Made by a program: the position numbers and the translations under genes | Assembly (NCBI GenBank): GCA_045532985.1 | Contig: JAZSGY010000047.1 | Location: forward strand, 1-58,219 | Length of the DNA: 58,219 nucleotides | Reading direction: 5' to 3' | From: Eubacteriales bacterium | Lineage (GTDB): Bacteria > Bacillota > Clostridia > Oscillospirales > CAG-272 | In this document: piece by piece, positions 28,772 through 37,953 of the stretch | Position numbering within the stretch: position 1 is the stretch's first letter | How the letters are laid out: every line of letters begins with the position of its first letter | The notes under the pieces: model-generated | Told to the model about the DNA's origin: nothing | What the model saw: only the letters and a program-made list of their open reading frames with translations | Databases searched by the model: none

Positions 28772-29603
28772 TTGGATCAAGTCTTTGCTCCCACATAAAA
28801 ATTGCGGCCGCGACCGCTGCATTCAAAGACTCTGCCTTTTCGGAAATCGGCAGATAAACGCTGGCGTCGCACGCACTTGAAATTTTCTCATCAATACCGT
28901 GGCCCTCGTTGCCGATGACCGCAACGTCAAACGGCGAGATGCCTGCCGCTGAAAGCGGGATTGCCCCATCTCTGAGCTCCGCAGCAAAAACGCGTCGACC
29001 CGCATGCTGTAAGGCACGGATCAAAGAAAGCGTGTCGCCAACGCGCAAGGTGCGGATATGAAAAAGACTCCCCATAGCGGAACGGATCGTTTTGGAATTG
29101 TAAAGGTCAACCGTATCCTCGGTCAGAAGAATCGTCTCAACCCCAAGCGCGACAGCGCTTCGAATGACCGCCCCAAGATTCCCCGGGTCTCGTATTCCCG
29201 CAAGCAAAAGCATCCGATCCTTGGAATTCTGAAAAAACTCTACATCTATTATATAACAACTTTTGAAAAAATCAAGATGTTTTATCAAGGAGATGACGCC
29301 TTGCGGCGATTTTTCTGTAGAAATTTTTTCAAAAACACCGTCTTTCAAGCAAATCACCCTTGTATTGGCAAATGTTGGATGATCAGCGTAGGAAGCTAAC
29401 AATTCTTCTGCCCTGTTTTTTCTGCTCTCGGATATCAGGATGTACTCGATAGGCAGATGTGCTTTTAGGGCCTCTTGGGTCAGTTTTTCGCCTTCCGCCA
29501 TAAAAAGTCGGGCCTTGTCTCTGTGCTTTTTCTCGGCAAGAGATGCAGCAAAAACAACAAAAGGATTCTGTCTGCTCGTGATAATATCAGCTTGAAAAAC
29601 CAA
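28761..29603 (-). CDS. TrmH family RNA methyltransferase
   Basis: IRDPGNLGAVIRS, IGNEGHG and ESLNAAVA; TTG start with AGGAGG RBS. Confidence 0.92.
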   Translation of the reverse strand: MVFQADIITSRQNPFVVFAASLAEKKHRDKARLFMAEGEKLTQEALKAHLPIEYILISESRKNRAEELLASYADHPTFANTRVICLKDGVFEKISTEKSPQGVISLIKHLDFFKSCYIIDVEFFQNSKDRMLLLAGIRDPGNLGAVIRSAVALGVETILLTEDTVDLYNSKTIRSAMGSLFHIRTLRVGDTLSLIRALQHAGRRVFAAELRDGAIPLSAAGISPFDVAVIGNEGHGIDEKISSACDASVYLPISEKAESLNAAVAAAIFMWEQRLDPNER

Positions 29604-29639
29604 GAAATAAGTCCTCCTAAAATTGTGAAATTATAAAGA

Positions 29640-29662
29640 AAAACCCGGTAGAACCGGGTTTT
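29640..29662 (-). terminator. Terminator after rplT
   Basis: AAAACCCGGT-AGA-ACCGGGTTTT. Confidence 0.75.
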
Positions 29663-29666
29663 GATC

Positions 29667-30020
29667 TTAAAGGGCAGCCTTTGCCTTTTCAACAATCGCT
29701 GCGAATGCTTCCTTGTCGTAAACTGCGATCTCAGCCAGCATCTTGCGGTTCAGGTCAATGCCTGCCTTCTTGAGGCCATGCATAAGCGTGGAGTAGTTGA
29801 TACCACATACCTTAGCCTGTGCCGAGATACGGGTGATCCAAAGAGAACGGAAATCTCTCTTCTTCATCTTACGTCCTGCGAATGCATAGTTGCCGCTCTT
29901 CATAACGGCTTCTTTCGCCATCTTAAAGTGCTTGCTCTTAGAACCCCAGTAGCCCTTTGCAGCCTTCAGAACACTCTTTCTTCTTTTGCGCGTCATGATC
30001 GCGCCTTTAACTCTTGCCAT
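29667..30020 (-). CDS. rplT: 50S ribosomal protein L20
   Basis: MARVKG...AKGYWG...[13 protein letters not shown]...LNRKMLAE. Confidence 0.98.
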   Translation of the reverse strand: MARVKGAIMTRKRRKSVLKAAKGYWGSKSKHFKMAKEAVMKSGNYAFAGRKMKKRDFRSLWITRISAQAKVCGINYSTLMHGLKKAGIDLNRKMLAEIAVYDKEAFAAIVEKAKAAL

Positions 30021-30054
30021 TGTGATTTTCCTCCTGTATTCTTATTTGCCGCAA

Positions 30055-30249
30055 TTACTTCTGAATCAGATATTTTACGGTAGGTGTCATGCTTGCGCTG
30101 AGAATGCCGCCCTTGCGAAGCTGTCTTTTACGCTTTGCGGTCTTAATACCCAGCTTATGACGGCGGTCGGTATGGTTCATCTTAACCTTACCGGAAGCGG
30201 TTACTGAAAATCTCTTTGCAGAGGCTTTATGCGTTTTGATCTTTGCCAT
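30055..30249 (-). CDS. rpmI: 50S ribosomal protein L35
   Basis: [19 protein letters not shown]; between infC and rplT. Confidence 0.97.
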   Translation of the reverse strand: MAKIKTHKASAKRFSVTASGKVKMNHTDRRHKLGIKTAKRKRQLRKGGILSASMTPTVKYLIQK

Positions 30250-30313
30250 TTTCTTTGCTCCTTCTTATACTCATTGATTTATCTTACAAATTCAAGCGAA
30301 TCTATAAACAAAA

Positions 30314-30835
30314 TTACTTTTTGCCAAGAGGACTGATCGTGACAGACATAAATCTGCCCTCGAGAACAGGCTTCTTTTCGGAAGCGCCAACATCTTTGCA
30401 AGCCTCCTCAAAGCGCTCGAGAACCTCACGTCCAAGATCAGTGTGCGCCATCTCGCGTCCCTTGAAGCGAAGCACGGCACGTACCTTATCGCCGCCCTGC
30501 AAAAACTTGCAAGCCTGATTGACACGCGTGTCAAAATCATGCTTATCAATGCGGCAGGAAAGCTGGATCTCCTTCACACGGATGACCTGCTGCTTTTTCT
30601 TGGCTTCCTTTTCTCTTTTGTCGCGCTCGAAACGGTACTTACCGTAATCCATCGCGCGGCAGACCGGGGGCTCAGCGTTAGGTGCCAAAAGTACAAGATC
30701 AAGCTCACGAGAATAAGCATATTCCTTCGCGCTGTTCAAGTCCATAATACCGAGTTGCTCACCCTCACTGCCAACCAATCGAACCTCTTTTGCCTTGATC
30801 TCGTCATTGATCTGCAATTCTTTTGCCGTGCTAAT
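30314..30835 (-). CDS. infC: Translation initiation factor IF-3, ATT start codon
   Basis: INDEIKAKEVRL, PPVCRAMDYGK and FKGREM; GGAGG 9 nt upstream of the in-frame ATT at 30835. Confidence 0.95.
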   Translation of the reverse strand: MSTAKELQINDEIKAKEVRLVGSEGEQLGIMDLNSAKEYAYSRELDLVLLAPNAEPPVCRAMDYGKYRFERDKREKEAKKKQQVIRVKEIQLSCRIDKHDFDTRVNQACKFLQGGDKVRAVLRFKGREMAHTDLGREVLERFEEACKDVGASEKKPVLEGRFMSVTISPLGKK

Positions 30836-30854
30836 AACCGTGCACCTCCAAAAA

Positions 30855-30978
30855 CAAAAAATACGTACAGAATCATCCGTACGTATACTACCTCCACCAT
30901 CCAAAGCGACGCGGAGAGATCGTATTGACCGTATGCACCTTGTGATACGGTGAGAACGGATGTTCTGCTTCTTTTTCA
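30855..30978 (-). promoter_or_regulatory. L20 leader RNA of infC-rpmI-rplT
   Basis: Minus strand AGAAGCAGAACATCCGTTCTCACC ... CGGATGATTCTG...TTTTT with complementary CAGAA-CATCCG/CGGATG-ATTCTG; position matches the Firmicute L20 leader. Confidence 0.7.
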
Positions 30979-31003
30979 GGTGGTTCTTAAAACCCACGCA
31001 GTT

Positions 31004-31032
31004 ATAATACCACACCCGCGATCACTTGTCAA
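31004..31032 (-). promoter_or_regulatory. sigma-A promoter of the infC operon
   Basis: TTGACA-17 bp-TATTAT with TG extension. Confidence 0.82.
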
Positions 31033-31125
31033 TAGTTTTTTGATTTTTTTTTATTTTTTTTGCCTTTTTGGAAAAATTCTATTTTTTGTACAATAAAAAG
31101 GAGAAAAAATTGTTCAAAATTACAC

Positions 31126-31154
31126 TTTACAAATTGAAAAAGATGCGGTATAAT
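31126..31154 (+). promoter_or_regulatory. sigma-A promoter of the candidate sRNA
   Basis: TTTACA-17 bp-TATAAT with an AT-rich upstream region. Confidence 0.7.
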
Positions 31155-31158
31155 AATG

Positions 31159-31270
31159 CTCAAGACACACTGTGGAAGTCCACCGAAATATCAATCTTAT
31201 GATATCCTTACGGAGAAGGTACTTTTGCAGGCCATTTGAGGGAGGCATTTCACCATGCCTCTTTTTCTTT
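31159..31270 (+). ncRNA. Candidate ~110-nt small RNA, family not recognised
   Basis: Bounded by its own promoter and a GAGGCAT-TTCACC-ATGCCTC-TTTTT terminator; no convincing ORF; lon has a separate promoter downstream. Confidence 0.5.
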
Positions 31271-31337
31271 TTTTCCGTCCCCTTCTCGCCTACTTACAGA
31301 AATTCTCTTAAAAATATAAAAAAATATTGAAATTATA

Positions 31338-31366
31338 TAGAAATTTATCTTTAAATATGTTATAAT
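31338..31366 (+). promoter_or_regulatory. Promoter of lon
   Basis: TAGAAA-17 bp-TATAAT with TG extended -10. Confidence 0.55.
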
Positions 31367-31440
31367 GTAATGTATGATGCTACAGATATGCCCTATCCAT
31401 CTAAAAATCCGCACACTTATTATATGATTTGAGGTTTAAA

Positions 31441-33861
31441 ATGTCATCCAATCATTCAGAAACGAACGATAAAATGCTTCTCCCTTTGATCCCGATCAGA
31501 GGAAACGTCGTATTCCCCGCCATCCAAACGACGCTTGAAATCTCCCGTCCCTTCTCCCTGAAGGCTTTCAGCGTCGCCGCGGCATCCGATGGGATCTTGT
31601 TTTTAACGGCACAAAAAGACCCCTCCGTAGAATCCCCCGAGGAGCGTGATCTTTATAAGATGGGAACCGTCGCCGTCATTAAGCAGGTCTCCCGCACTCC
31701 CGACGGCACCCTTTCCATCACCTTTGAAGGGAAATGCCGTGCACGCCTTTGCGGCGTCATCCCCGATGAAGATTACCTGCACGCCTCCGTCCTTTTGCGT
31801 CCGTCACAGCCCGAGGAATTTGATTCGCCCGACCAAAACCATCTCGCATCTGTTAAAAGAGAAATCTTCAAGCGACTTGATTCCTTGAGACAGAATCACC
31901 CCGCCCTTACCGACGAGTTTTATAATTCGGCAAAGGCACTCAATTCGAACGGCTTTTTGTGCGATTTCATTGCCTCAAGCATCCTCATCGTTCAGAAAAA
32001 CAAGCAAAAGATCCTCGAATGTCAGAACCCATACCTACGTCTTGAGCGTCTGCTCTCCATTTTGGACGAGGAAGAAAAGCTCATCCGCTTCGAGCACGAC
32101 GTTCACCGTCGCGTCAAGGAGAATCTCGAGGAACATCAAAAAGAATACTACCTGCGGGAACAGGTAAAAATCCTTCAGCAGGAGCTTGGTGAAGACGAAG
32201 ACGAGATTGAAGAATACGCAGGAAAGATCGAACGCTGCGGCGCCGACGCTTCTGTCAAGGAAAAGCTCACGAAAGAGCTGAACAAGCTTGCAAAAACCCC
32301 ATTCGGAGCTGCTGAATCCGCAGTTCTTCGCAATTATCTTGACACTTGTCTTGAGCTTCCCTGGAATCAGTTTTCCCACGAAAAAGCCGACGTGAAGAGC
32401 GCAGAAAAGATCTTGAACGACGATCACTTCGGCCTTGAAAAGGTAAAGGAAAGAATCCTTGAATTTATCGCCGTAAAGCAGCTCTCCCCCGAGGTTAAAA
32501 ACCAGATCCTCTGCCTCATCGGTCCTCCTGGCGTCGGAAAAACCTCCATCGCCGCTTCTATCGCACGGGCGCTCGGCAGAAAATACGTCCGCGTCTCCCT
32601 CGGCGGCATCCGTGATGAGGCCGATATCCGCGGTCACCGCAAAACCTACGTCGGCGCAATGCCGGGCAGGATCGTTGAAGCGATCCGCTCCGCAGGCACA
32701 ATGAACCCACTCATCGTTTTGGACGAGGTCGACAAGCTGACCCGTGACTCTCACGGCGATCCCTCCTCCGCGCTTCTCGAGGTCCTTGATCCCGAGCAAA
32801 ACCGCTATTTCCGTGATCATTTCCTCGAAATGCCGCTGGATCTTTCCGACGCTATCTTCATCGCGACCGCCAACAACTTTGAAGCGATCCCCGAGCCCCT
32901 GATCGACCGTATGGAGATCATCAGACTCAACGCTTATTCCCGCACCGAAAAGCTCGAAATTGCCGAGCGCCACCTCGTCCGCAAGCAAATGAAGCGTCAC
33001 GGTATCAACGGCAATCAGATCCGCATCCAAAGAGACGCACTCCTGCTTGTGATCGATTCCTACACGGCAGAAGCAGGTGTCCGCAATCTTGAACGTGAAA
33101 TTGCGTCCCTCTGCAGGAAGGCGGCAAAGGATCTCGTAGACGGCAAAACGCGTCGCATCACGATAACGCCGGCACAGGTCACAGCCTACCTCGGCAAGCC
33201 AAAATTCCATCCCGAAAAAATTGAGGAAAACGATGCTGTCGGTCTCGTCAACGGCCTCGCTTACACGCAAGCAGGCGGCGATCTTTTGAAGGTCGAAACC
33301 GTTATCGTCCCCGGCAAAGGCAACGTTGAGCTGACAGGCTCACTTGGCGACGTCATGAAGGAATCCGCGCGCATAGCAATCAGCTATATCCGTTCGGTCG
33401 CAGACCGTTACGGAATTCCCGCCGATTTTGCAACCACGAAGGATATACATATCCATTTCCCCGAGGGCGCGATCCCGAAGGACGGTCCCTCTGCCGGCGT
33501 CACGATGACGACCTCGATCCTCAGCGCGTTAACCGGACGCCCCGTATATCGCGACGTTGCAATGACCGGTGAGATCACGCTTCGCGGTCGCGTTCTGCCC
33601 ATCGGCGGACTGCGCGAAAAAACGATGGCAGCGTACAAGGGTAACGTAAAAACCGTCCTTTTCCCGCGTGAGAATACCCGCGATCTTGACGAGCTCGACC
33701 GGGAAGCTGCCGCAAATCTCCGTATGATTCCCTGTGACACGATCGAGGACGTCCTTGCAGTCGCCCTCTGCCCCATTGATCCGCCCTGCGAGGAAAAAAT
33801 CGATTTCTGCCAAGGAATTCCCCTGAAAAACGATCCTCATCCAGCACGTCAAGTTCTCTGA
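31441..33861 (+). CDS. lon: ATP-dependent protease La
   Basis: N-domain, GPPGVGKTS, LDEVDK, PKDGPSAG and IGGLREK; GAGGT RBS before ATG 31441. Confidence 0.97.
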   Translation: MSSNHSETNDKMLLPLIPIRGNVVFPAIQTTLEISRPFSLKAFSVAAASDGILFLTAQKDPSVESPEERDLYKMGTVAVIKQVSRTPDGTLSITFEGKCRARLCGVIPDEDYLHASVLLRPSQPEEFDSPDQNHLASVKREIFKRLDSLRQNHPALTDEFYNSAKALNSNGFLCDFIASSILIVQKNKQKILECQNPYLRLERLLSILDEEEKLIRFEHDVHRRVKENLEEHQKEYYLREQVKILQQELGEDEDEIEEYAGKIERCGADASVKEKLTKELNKLAKTPFGAAESAVLRNYLDTCLELPWNQFSHEKADVKSAEKILNDDHFGLEKVKERILEFIAVKQLSPEVKNQILCLIGPPGVGKTSIAASIARALGRKYVRVSLGGIRDEADIRGHRKTYVGAMPGRIVEAIRSAGTMNPLIVLDEVDKLTRDSHGDPSSALLEVLDPEQNRYFRDHFLEMPLDLSDAIFIATANNFEAIPEPLIDRMEIIRLNAYSRTEKLEIAERHLVRKQMKRHGINGNQIRIQRDALLLVIDSYTAEAGVRNLEREIASLCRKAAKDLVDGKTRRITITPAQVTAYLGKPKFHPEKIEENDAVGLVNGLAYTQAGGDLLKVETVIVPGKGNVELTGSLGDVMKESARIAISYIRSVADRYGIPADFATTKDIHIHFPEGAIPKDGPSAGVTMTTSILSALTGRPVYRDVAMTGEITLRGRVLPIGGLREKTMAAYKGNVKTVLFPRENTRDLDELDREAAANLRMIPCDTIEDVLAVALCPIDPPCEEKIDFCQGIPLKNDPHPARQVL

Positions 33862-33872
33862 AGGAGTAAAAA

Positions 33873-34472
33873 ATGAAATTAAATCTGAATCGTGCCGATC
33901 TGAAAATGAGCGCTGGAAATCTTCGTCAATTCCCGTCCGACGTACGTCCGCAGATCGCCTTCAGCGGTCGCTCAAACGTCGGAAAAAGCTCGTTGCTCAA
34001 TACTCTGCTCGGACGCAAATCACTGGCACGCGTCAGCTCCTCCCCCGGAAAAACGCTGACCGTCAACTTCTACGACGTTGACGGAAAGATCTATTTCGTC
34101 GACCTTCCGGGCTACGGCTTCGCAAAACGCTCCGCAGATACGAAATCAAGCTTTTCAGAGGTCACCGATGCCTACTTCACCAAAAACCCGATGCGGGATC
34201 AGATCTCCCTCATTCTGCAGCTGGTAGACGTCAGGATCGGCCCGACCGACGACGACAAAATGATGATCTCATATCTTGAAAGCACGGGTCTCCCCTTTCT
34301 CGTCGTCGCCACGAAGGCAGACAAGCTAAGCAAAACCGCGATTGAGCACGCAATTGAAGCGATCAGGGCCGCACTCCCCGAGCTTCCCGACCTGACGGTC
34401 ATCCCCTTCTCCTCCATCTCACGTATTGGAAAAGATGAGGTCTGGCGAGAAATTTACAAGGTATTACCTTAA
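33873..34472 (+). CDS. engB: Ribosome biogenesis GTPase YsxC/EngB
   Basis: GRSNVGKSS, PGKT, DLPGYG and TKADK. Confidence 0.96.
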   Translation: MKLNLNRADLKMSAGNLRQFPSDVRPQIAFSGRSNVGKSSLLNTLLGRKSLARVSSSPGKTLTVNFYDVDGKIYFVDLPGYGFAKRSADTKSSFSEVTDAYFTKNPMRDQISLILQLVDVRIGPTDDDKMMISYLESTGLPFLVVATKADKLSKTAIEHAIEAIRAALPELPDLTVIPFSSISRIGKDEVWREIYKVLP

Positions 34473-34482
34473 GGAACCGATT

Positions 34483-35139
34483 ATGATTGATCAACTGATT
34501 GTGTATATTTTAACGATCCCCGCCGTCTTGATCGCACTCGTCGTGCACGAGTGCGCGCACGGATTCGCCGCCTACAAGCTCGGCGATCCGACCGCCCGTA
34601 ACCTCGGCAGGCTCACCTTAAATCCCTTGCGCCACCTCGACCCCATCGGAACGGTCTGTATGATCGTCTTCCACTTCGGTTGGGCGCGACCCGTACCGAT
34701 CAACGCGCGCTATTTCAAAAAACCGCGCAGAGATATTGCCCTCACTGCAATCGCGGGTCCCGCCTCAAATCTTCTGCTTTCTTTTATCGGCTGTTTTTTC
34801 TATCTTTTGATTCTGAATATCCGTTTTTCTTCCTTCGGTCTTCTCTATGATTTCTGCTATTATTTAGCGCTTTTCCTGTATTTGTTCCACATCATCAACC
34901 TGAACCTCGCGCTCTTTAACCTCATTCCCCTGCCGCCGCTTGACGGTTCTCGCATCCTTTCCTATTTTTTGTCTCCCCGCGCCAATTATGCGCTTTACAA
35001 ATACAGCAATTACTATCCCATTATCCTGATCGCCGTCTTCTGGCTTTTAAGCCGACTCGGCATCAGCCCGCTCGCTTTCCTTTCTAATTTTTTATCGGAG
35101 CTGATGATCCGACTTTTCTACTTACTTCCCATTTTTTAA
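34483..35139 (+). CDS. Site-2 (M50) membrane metalloprotease
   Basis: HECAH, AGPASN and FNLIPLPPLDG; hydrophobic. Confidence 0.93.
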   Translation: MIDQLIVYILTIPAVLIALVVHECAHGFAAYKLGDPTARNLGRLTLNPLRHLDPIGTVCMIVFHFGWARPVPINARYFKKPRRDIALTAIAGPASNLLLSFIGCFFYLLILNIRFSSFGLLYDFCYYLALFLYLFHIINLNLALFNLIPLPPLDGSRILSYFLSPRANYALYKYSNYYPIILIAVFWLLSRLGISPLAFLSNFLSELMIRLFYLLPIF

Positions 35140-35163
35140 TATGAACACCGTAAGGATCTAAAA

Positions 35164-36015
35164 ATGACGAACACACAGATCAATTACCATTTGGACGCAT
35201 ACGACGGCCCGCTCGACCTTCTCTTGACCCTGGTGCAGCGCAACAAGGTCAATATAGCGGAAATTCCGATTCTTGAGATCTGCGACCAATATCTCCAATT
35301 CATCTCCGAGGTTCAGGAGATGAATATGGAGGTCACAAGCGAATTTTTAGTTATGGCAAGCGAGCTTTTGCTGATCAAGAGCCGCATTCTCCTCCCCAAG
35401 ACGGGAGAAGATGAGGACGGCGAAAAGCCGGGCGCGCAGATCATCGACGCCCTTTTATTGCTTCAGAAGGCAAAGCAGGCAGCCGAAGAAATGCGCCCCC
35501 TTTACGTTGAGTATTCGGGAAGACTTGCGAAGGATATCGATGAGATCCCACCCGAAAAGGGCTTCCCCCTCGGCCTTGACCCCACTCTTTTAACACGCGC
35601 CCTCAACACGATGCTGGTCCGCCTGCGCAATCAGCAGGAGCGCAGACCCACCACGCTGATCAACCCCTTGATCAAAACGAAGGTTTATTCGGTTGAAGAA
35701 AAGATCGGAACCGTTATCGATCTGTTGACCGAAAACGAACGCGCCTCTCTCTTCTTTTTACTGAAGGATGCCGAGGAAAAAAGCGAGCTGATCGCTACGT
35801 TCATGGGCATTCTTGAGCTCATTAAGATCGGGCGCATCCTGATTTGTGAGGAAGAAGACGGCATTGAATCGGATCAGTACGAGCTACTCGTAAAATTCCG
35901 ACTGAATCCCGACTACGTCCCGCCCGAATCCCCGACGGAAAGTGAATTTGAAAACGATGGAGAACTTCAAGATGGAAACAACGGAAACGATGACGGCACA
36001 AGCGCAGATGTCTGA
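35164..36015 (+). CDS. scpA: Segregation/condensation protein A (kleisin)
   Basis: YDGPLDLLLTL, FLVMASELLLIKSRILLP and TFMGILEL. Confidence 0.94.
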   Translation: MTNTQINYHLDAYDGPLDLLLTLVQRNKVNIAEIPILEICDQYLQFISEVQEMNMEVTSEFLVMASELLLIKSRILLPKTGEDEDGEKPGAQIIDALLLLQKAKQAAEEMRPLYVEYSGRLAKDIDEIPPEKGFPLGLDPTLLTRALNTMLVRLRNQQERRPTTLINPLIKTKVYSVEEKIGTVIDLLTENERASLFFLLKDAEEKSELIATFMGILELIKIGRILICEEEDGIESDQYELLVKFRLNPDYVPPESPTESEFENDGELQDGNNGNDDGTSADV

Positions 36016-36739
36016 GCAAAACGCCGGAGTAGAGGCGCTTGAAAAAATCGACGAGATCATCGAGGCGATCCTTTTCGCCGCAGGACATCCCGTCACCTAT
36101 ACCCAGCTGGCGAAGGTATTTGACATCTCGCCAAGCCTCGCACGACAGCACGTCGAGGATTATGCGGATCGCTACAATGCCTCGCCGCTTCCGCGCGGCG
36201 TCATCCTCGTCACCTTTGAGGATTCCTGTCAGCTTTGCACTAAGCAGCAATATCTGACCTATATTCGGGAGGCACTCGGAATCCGCAGAAACGGAACGCT
36301 TTCCAATTCTTCGATCGAAACGCTTGCAGTCATTGCCTACAATCAGCCCGTTACCCGTGCATACGTTGATACGGTCCGCGGTGTCGATTCAAGCTATGCG
36401 CTCTCCTCCCTGCTTGAACGCAAGCTCATCGAGGCGAAGGGGCGCGTTGATGCCCCGGGGCGGCCGATGCTTTACGGCACGACGGAGGATTTTCTCCGTT
36501 GCTTCGGAATCCGCTCTCTGAGCGAGCTGCCGGGAATCGACTCGGGAGATGCAGTTGAGATCCTGACCCGTCTCGAACGGCAAACGAACGAAGCGCTACA
36601 CGGCGTTGACAAGGATCAGCTCACCATGGACGATTCCCTTCTGGCGCTTGACCGAGAAAAGGAAGGTCTTCCTGACAGCACAGAGGTCGCTGAATCGGAG
36701 GAAAGCTTTGAAAGCACCGCAGAGGGATCTCAGGAATAA
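35972..36739 (+). CDS. scpB: Segregation/condensation protein B
   Basis: IEAILFAAG, LSNSSIETLAVIAYNQPVTR, RGVDS and GRPMLYGTTEDFL; start at ATG 35972 chosen from the GGAG RBS. Confidence 0.94.
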   Translation: METTETMTAQAQMSEQNAGVEALEKIDEIIEAILFAAGHPVTYTQLAKVFDISPSLARQHVEDYADRYNASPLPRGVILVTFEDSCQLCTKQQYLTYIREALGIRRNGTLSNSSIETLAVIAYNQPVTRAYVDTVRGVDSSYALSSLLERKLIEAKGRVDAPGRPMLYGTTEDFLRCFGIRSLSELPGIDSGDAVEILTRLERQTNEALHGVDKDQLTMDDSLLALDREKEGLPDSTEVAESEESFESTAEGSQE

Positions 36740-36763
36740 AAAAACCGAAAAAGGAGAGATCGG

Positions 36764-37411
36764 ATGTTAGCGCTGTCTATCGTATTGGCAACTCTACTAC
36801 TTCTCTTTCTGCTCCTTCTGTTACCGATTCGTTTTCATATCACATATAGGACCGATGATGAATTGCCCCGCGTCCGTTTGCAGATCCTTTTCTTTCGCCA
36901 CACGCTTTTCCCGCAAAAGGAAAAGAAGCTGAAGCTCCGAGGCTTCCGCCACAAAAAACGACGCAAACGGAACAAAAAAACAGAGGGACGAAGCGCGAAG
37001 ACCGCAACGAAAAAGAAAAAGCCGACCCAAAAACGCAGTATCCTTTCGACGCTTCGGCTGATTCAAAGGTTATTGAAGGGCATCTACTCGCGGTTTATCG
37101 GCAGACTTCATATTCGCATTGACAGATTAAAGGTCACCGTTGCCACCGACGATGCCGCAAAAACGGCAATTCTTTACGGCGGCGTTTCCCAAGCAGTGGC
37201 TTATATCCTTGCATTTTGCGAGGAGCAAAGCAACCTGCATCCAATCAAGGAAAAGGATGTTTCGGTCTCTGCAGATTTTTTGAGCGACAAAACGACGGCT
37301 GACATCCGCATCTGTCTTTGGCTACGGCTCGCCACGGCACTCCATTTACTGCTACGGCTCGCCTTAAACCTTGTAACCAACAAACAAAAATCTAAAAACA
37401 CACGATCATAA
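36764..37411 (+). CDS. ytfI: YtfI-like DUF2953 protein
   Basis: N-terminal TM, basic linker and DAAKTAILYG motif; upstream of ytfJ. Confidence 0.8.
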   Translation: MLALSIVLATLLLLFLLLLLPIRFHITYRTDDELPRVRLQILFFRHTLFPQKEKKLKLRGFRHKKRRKRNKKTEGRSAKTATKKKKPTQKRSILSTLRLIQRLLKGIYSRFIGRLHIRIDRLKVTVATDDAAKTAILYGGVSQAVAYILAFCEEQSNLHPIKEKDVSVSADFLSDKTTADIRICLWLRLATALHLLLRLALNLVTNKQKSKNTRS

Positions 37412-37428
37412 GATTGGGAGGTACTAAA

Positions 37429-37875
37429 ATGGCTGAAAACAAAATCAGTGAAATTTTGGGTGAATCGATCGAAAGCTTGAAGCAATACGCCGATGCGGAA
37501 ACCGTCATCGGTCAACCGATCACGACCCCTGACGGCACAACCGTGATCCCCGTATCAAAGATATCAATGGGCTTTGCATCCGGCGGACTCGATTACGCAG
37601 GTAAAAAAGCGGCGACAGCCGTCGGCGTATCACATTTCGGCGGTGGAGGCGGAACGGGTGTCACCATTTCCCCCGTCGCGTTTCTCATCATTTCACCCAC
37701 GGGTGGATTTGATCTTCTGCCGATCACCTCAGGCAATGACTCCTCCTCAACGGTTGACAAGGTTGCCGCCCTGATCGAGCGGTCTCCCGATATTTTACAG
37801 CGTCTGAAGGACGTTCTGTCCAAGGACAAAAAGAAGGACGAGACATCGGAGGAAAAGGACGAAGCCGCAAAATAA
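37429..37875 (+). CDS. ytfJ: GerW/YtfJ sporulation protein
   Basis: TVIGQPITTPDGTTVIPVSKISMGFASGG and FGGGGGTGV.ISPVAFL. Confidence 0.93.
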   Translation: MAENKISEILGESIESLKQYADAETVIGQPITTPDGTTVIPVSKISMGFASGGLDYAGKKAATAVGVSHFGGGGGTGVTISPVAFLIISPTGGFDLLPITSGNDSSSTVDKVAALIERSPDILQRLKDVLSKDKKKDETSEEKDEAAK

Positions 37876-37953
37876 CAGCTTTGCTATTTTTTGCACGCTA
37901 TATTTTTCTTCTTTTTTCACATAGTAACCCTGAAGTCTATTCTGGAGGTTGCG

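Noticed and set aside
30836-31015. N-terminal extension of IF-3 given in the ORF track
   Set aside because: It overlaps the L20 leader and promoter, and the RBS points to the ATT at 30835. Similar over-long starts were trimmed for galE, rplU, ftsY, dprA, dnaX, the SDR gene and spoVT.
32035-33270. 411-aa minus-strand ORF
   Set aside because: Antisense to the conserved AAA+ region of lon; no independent signals
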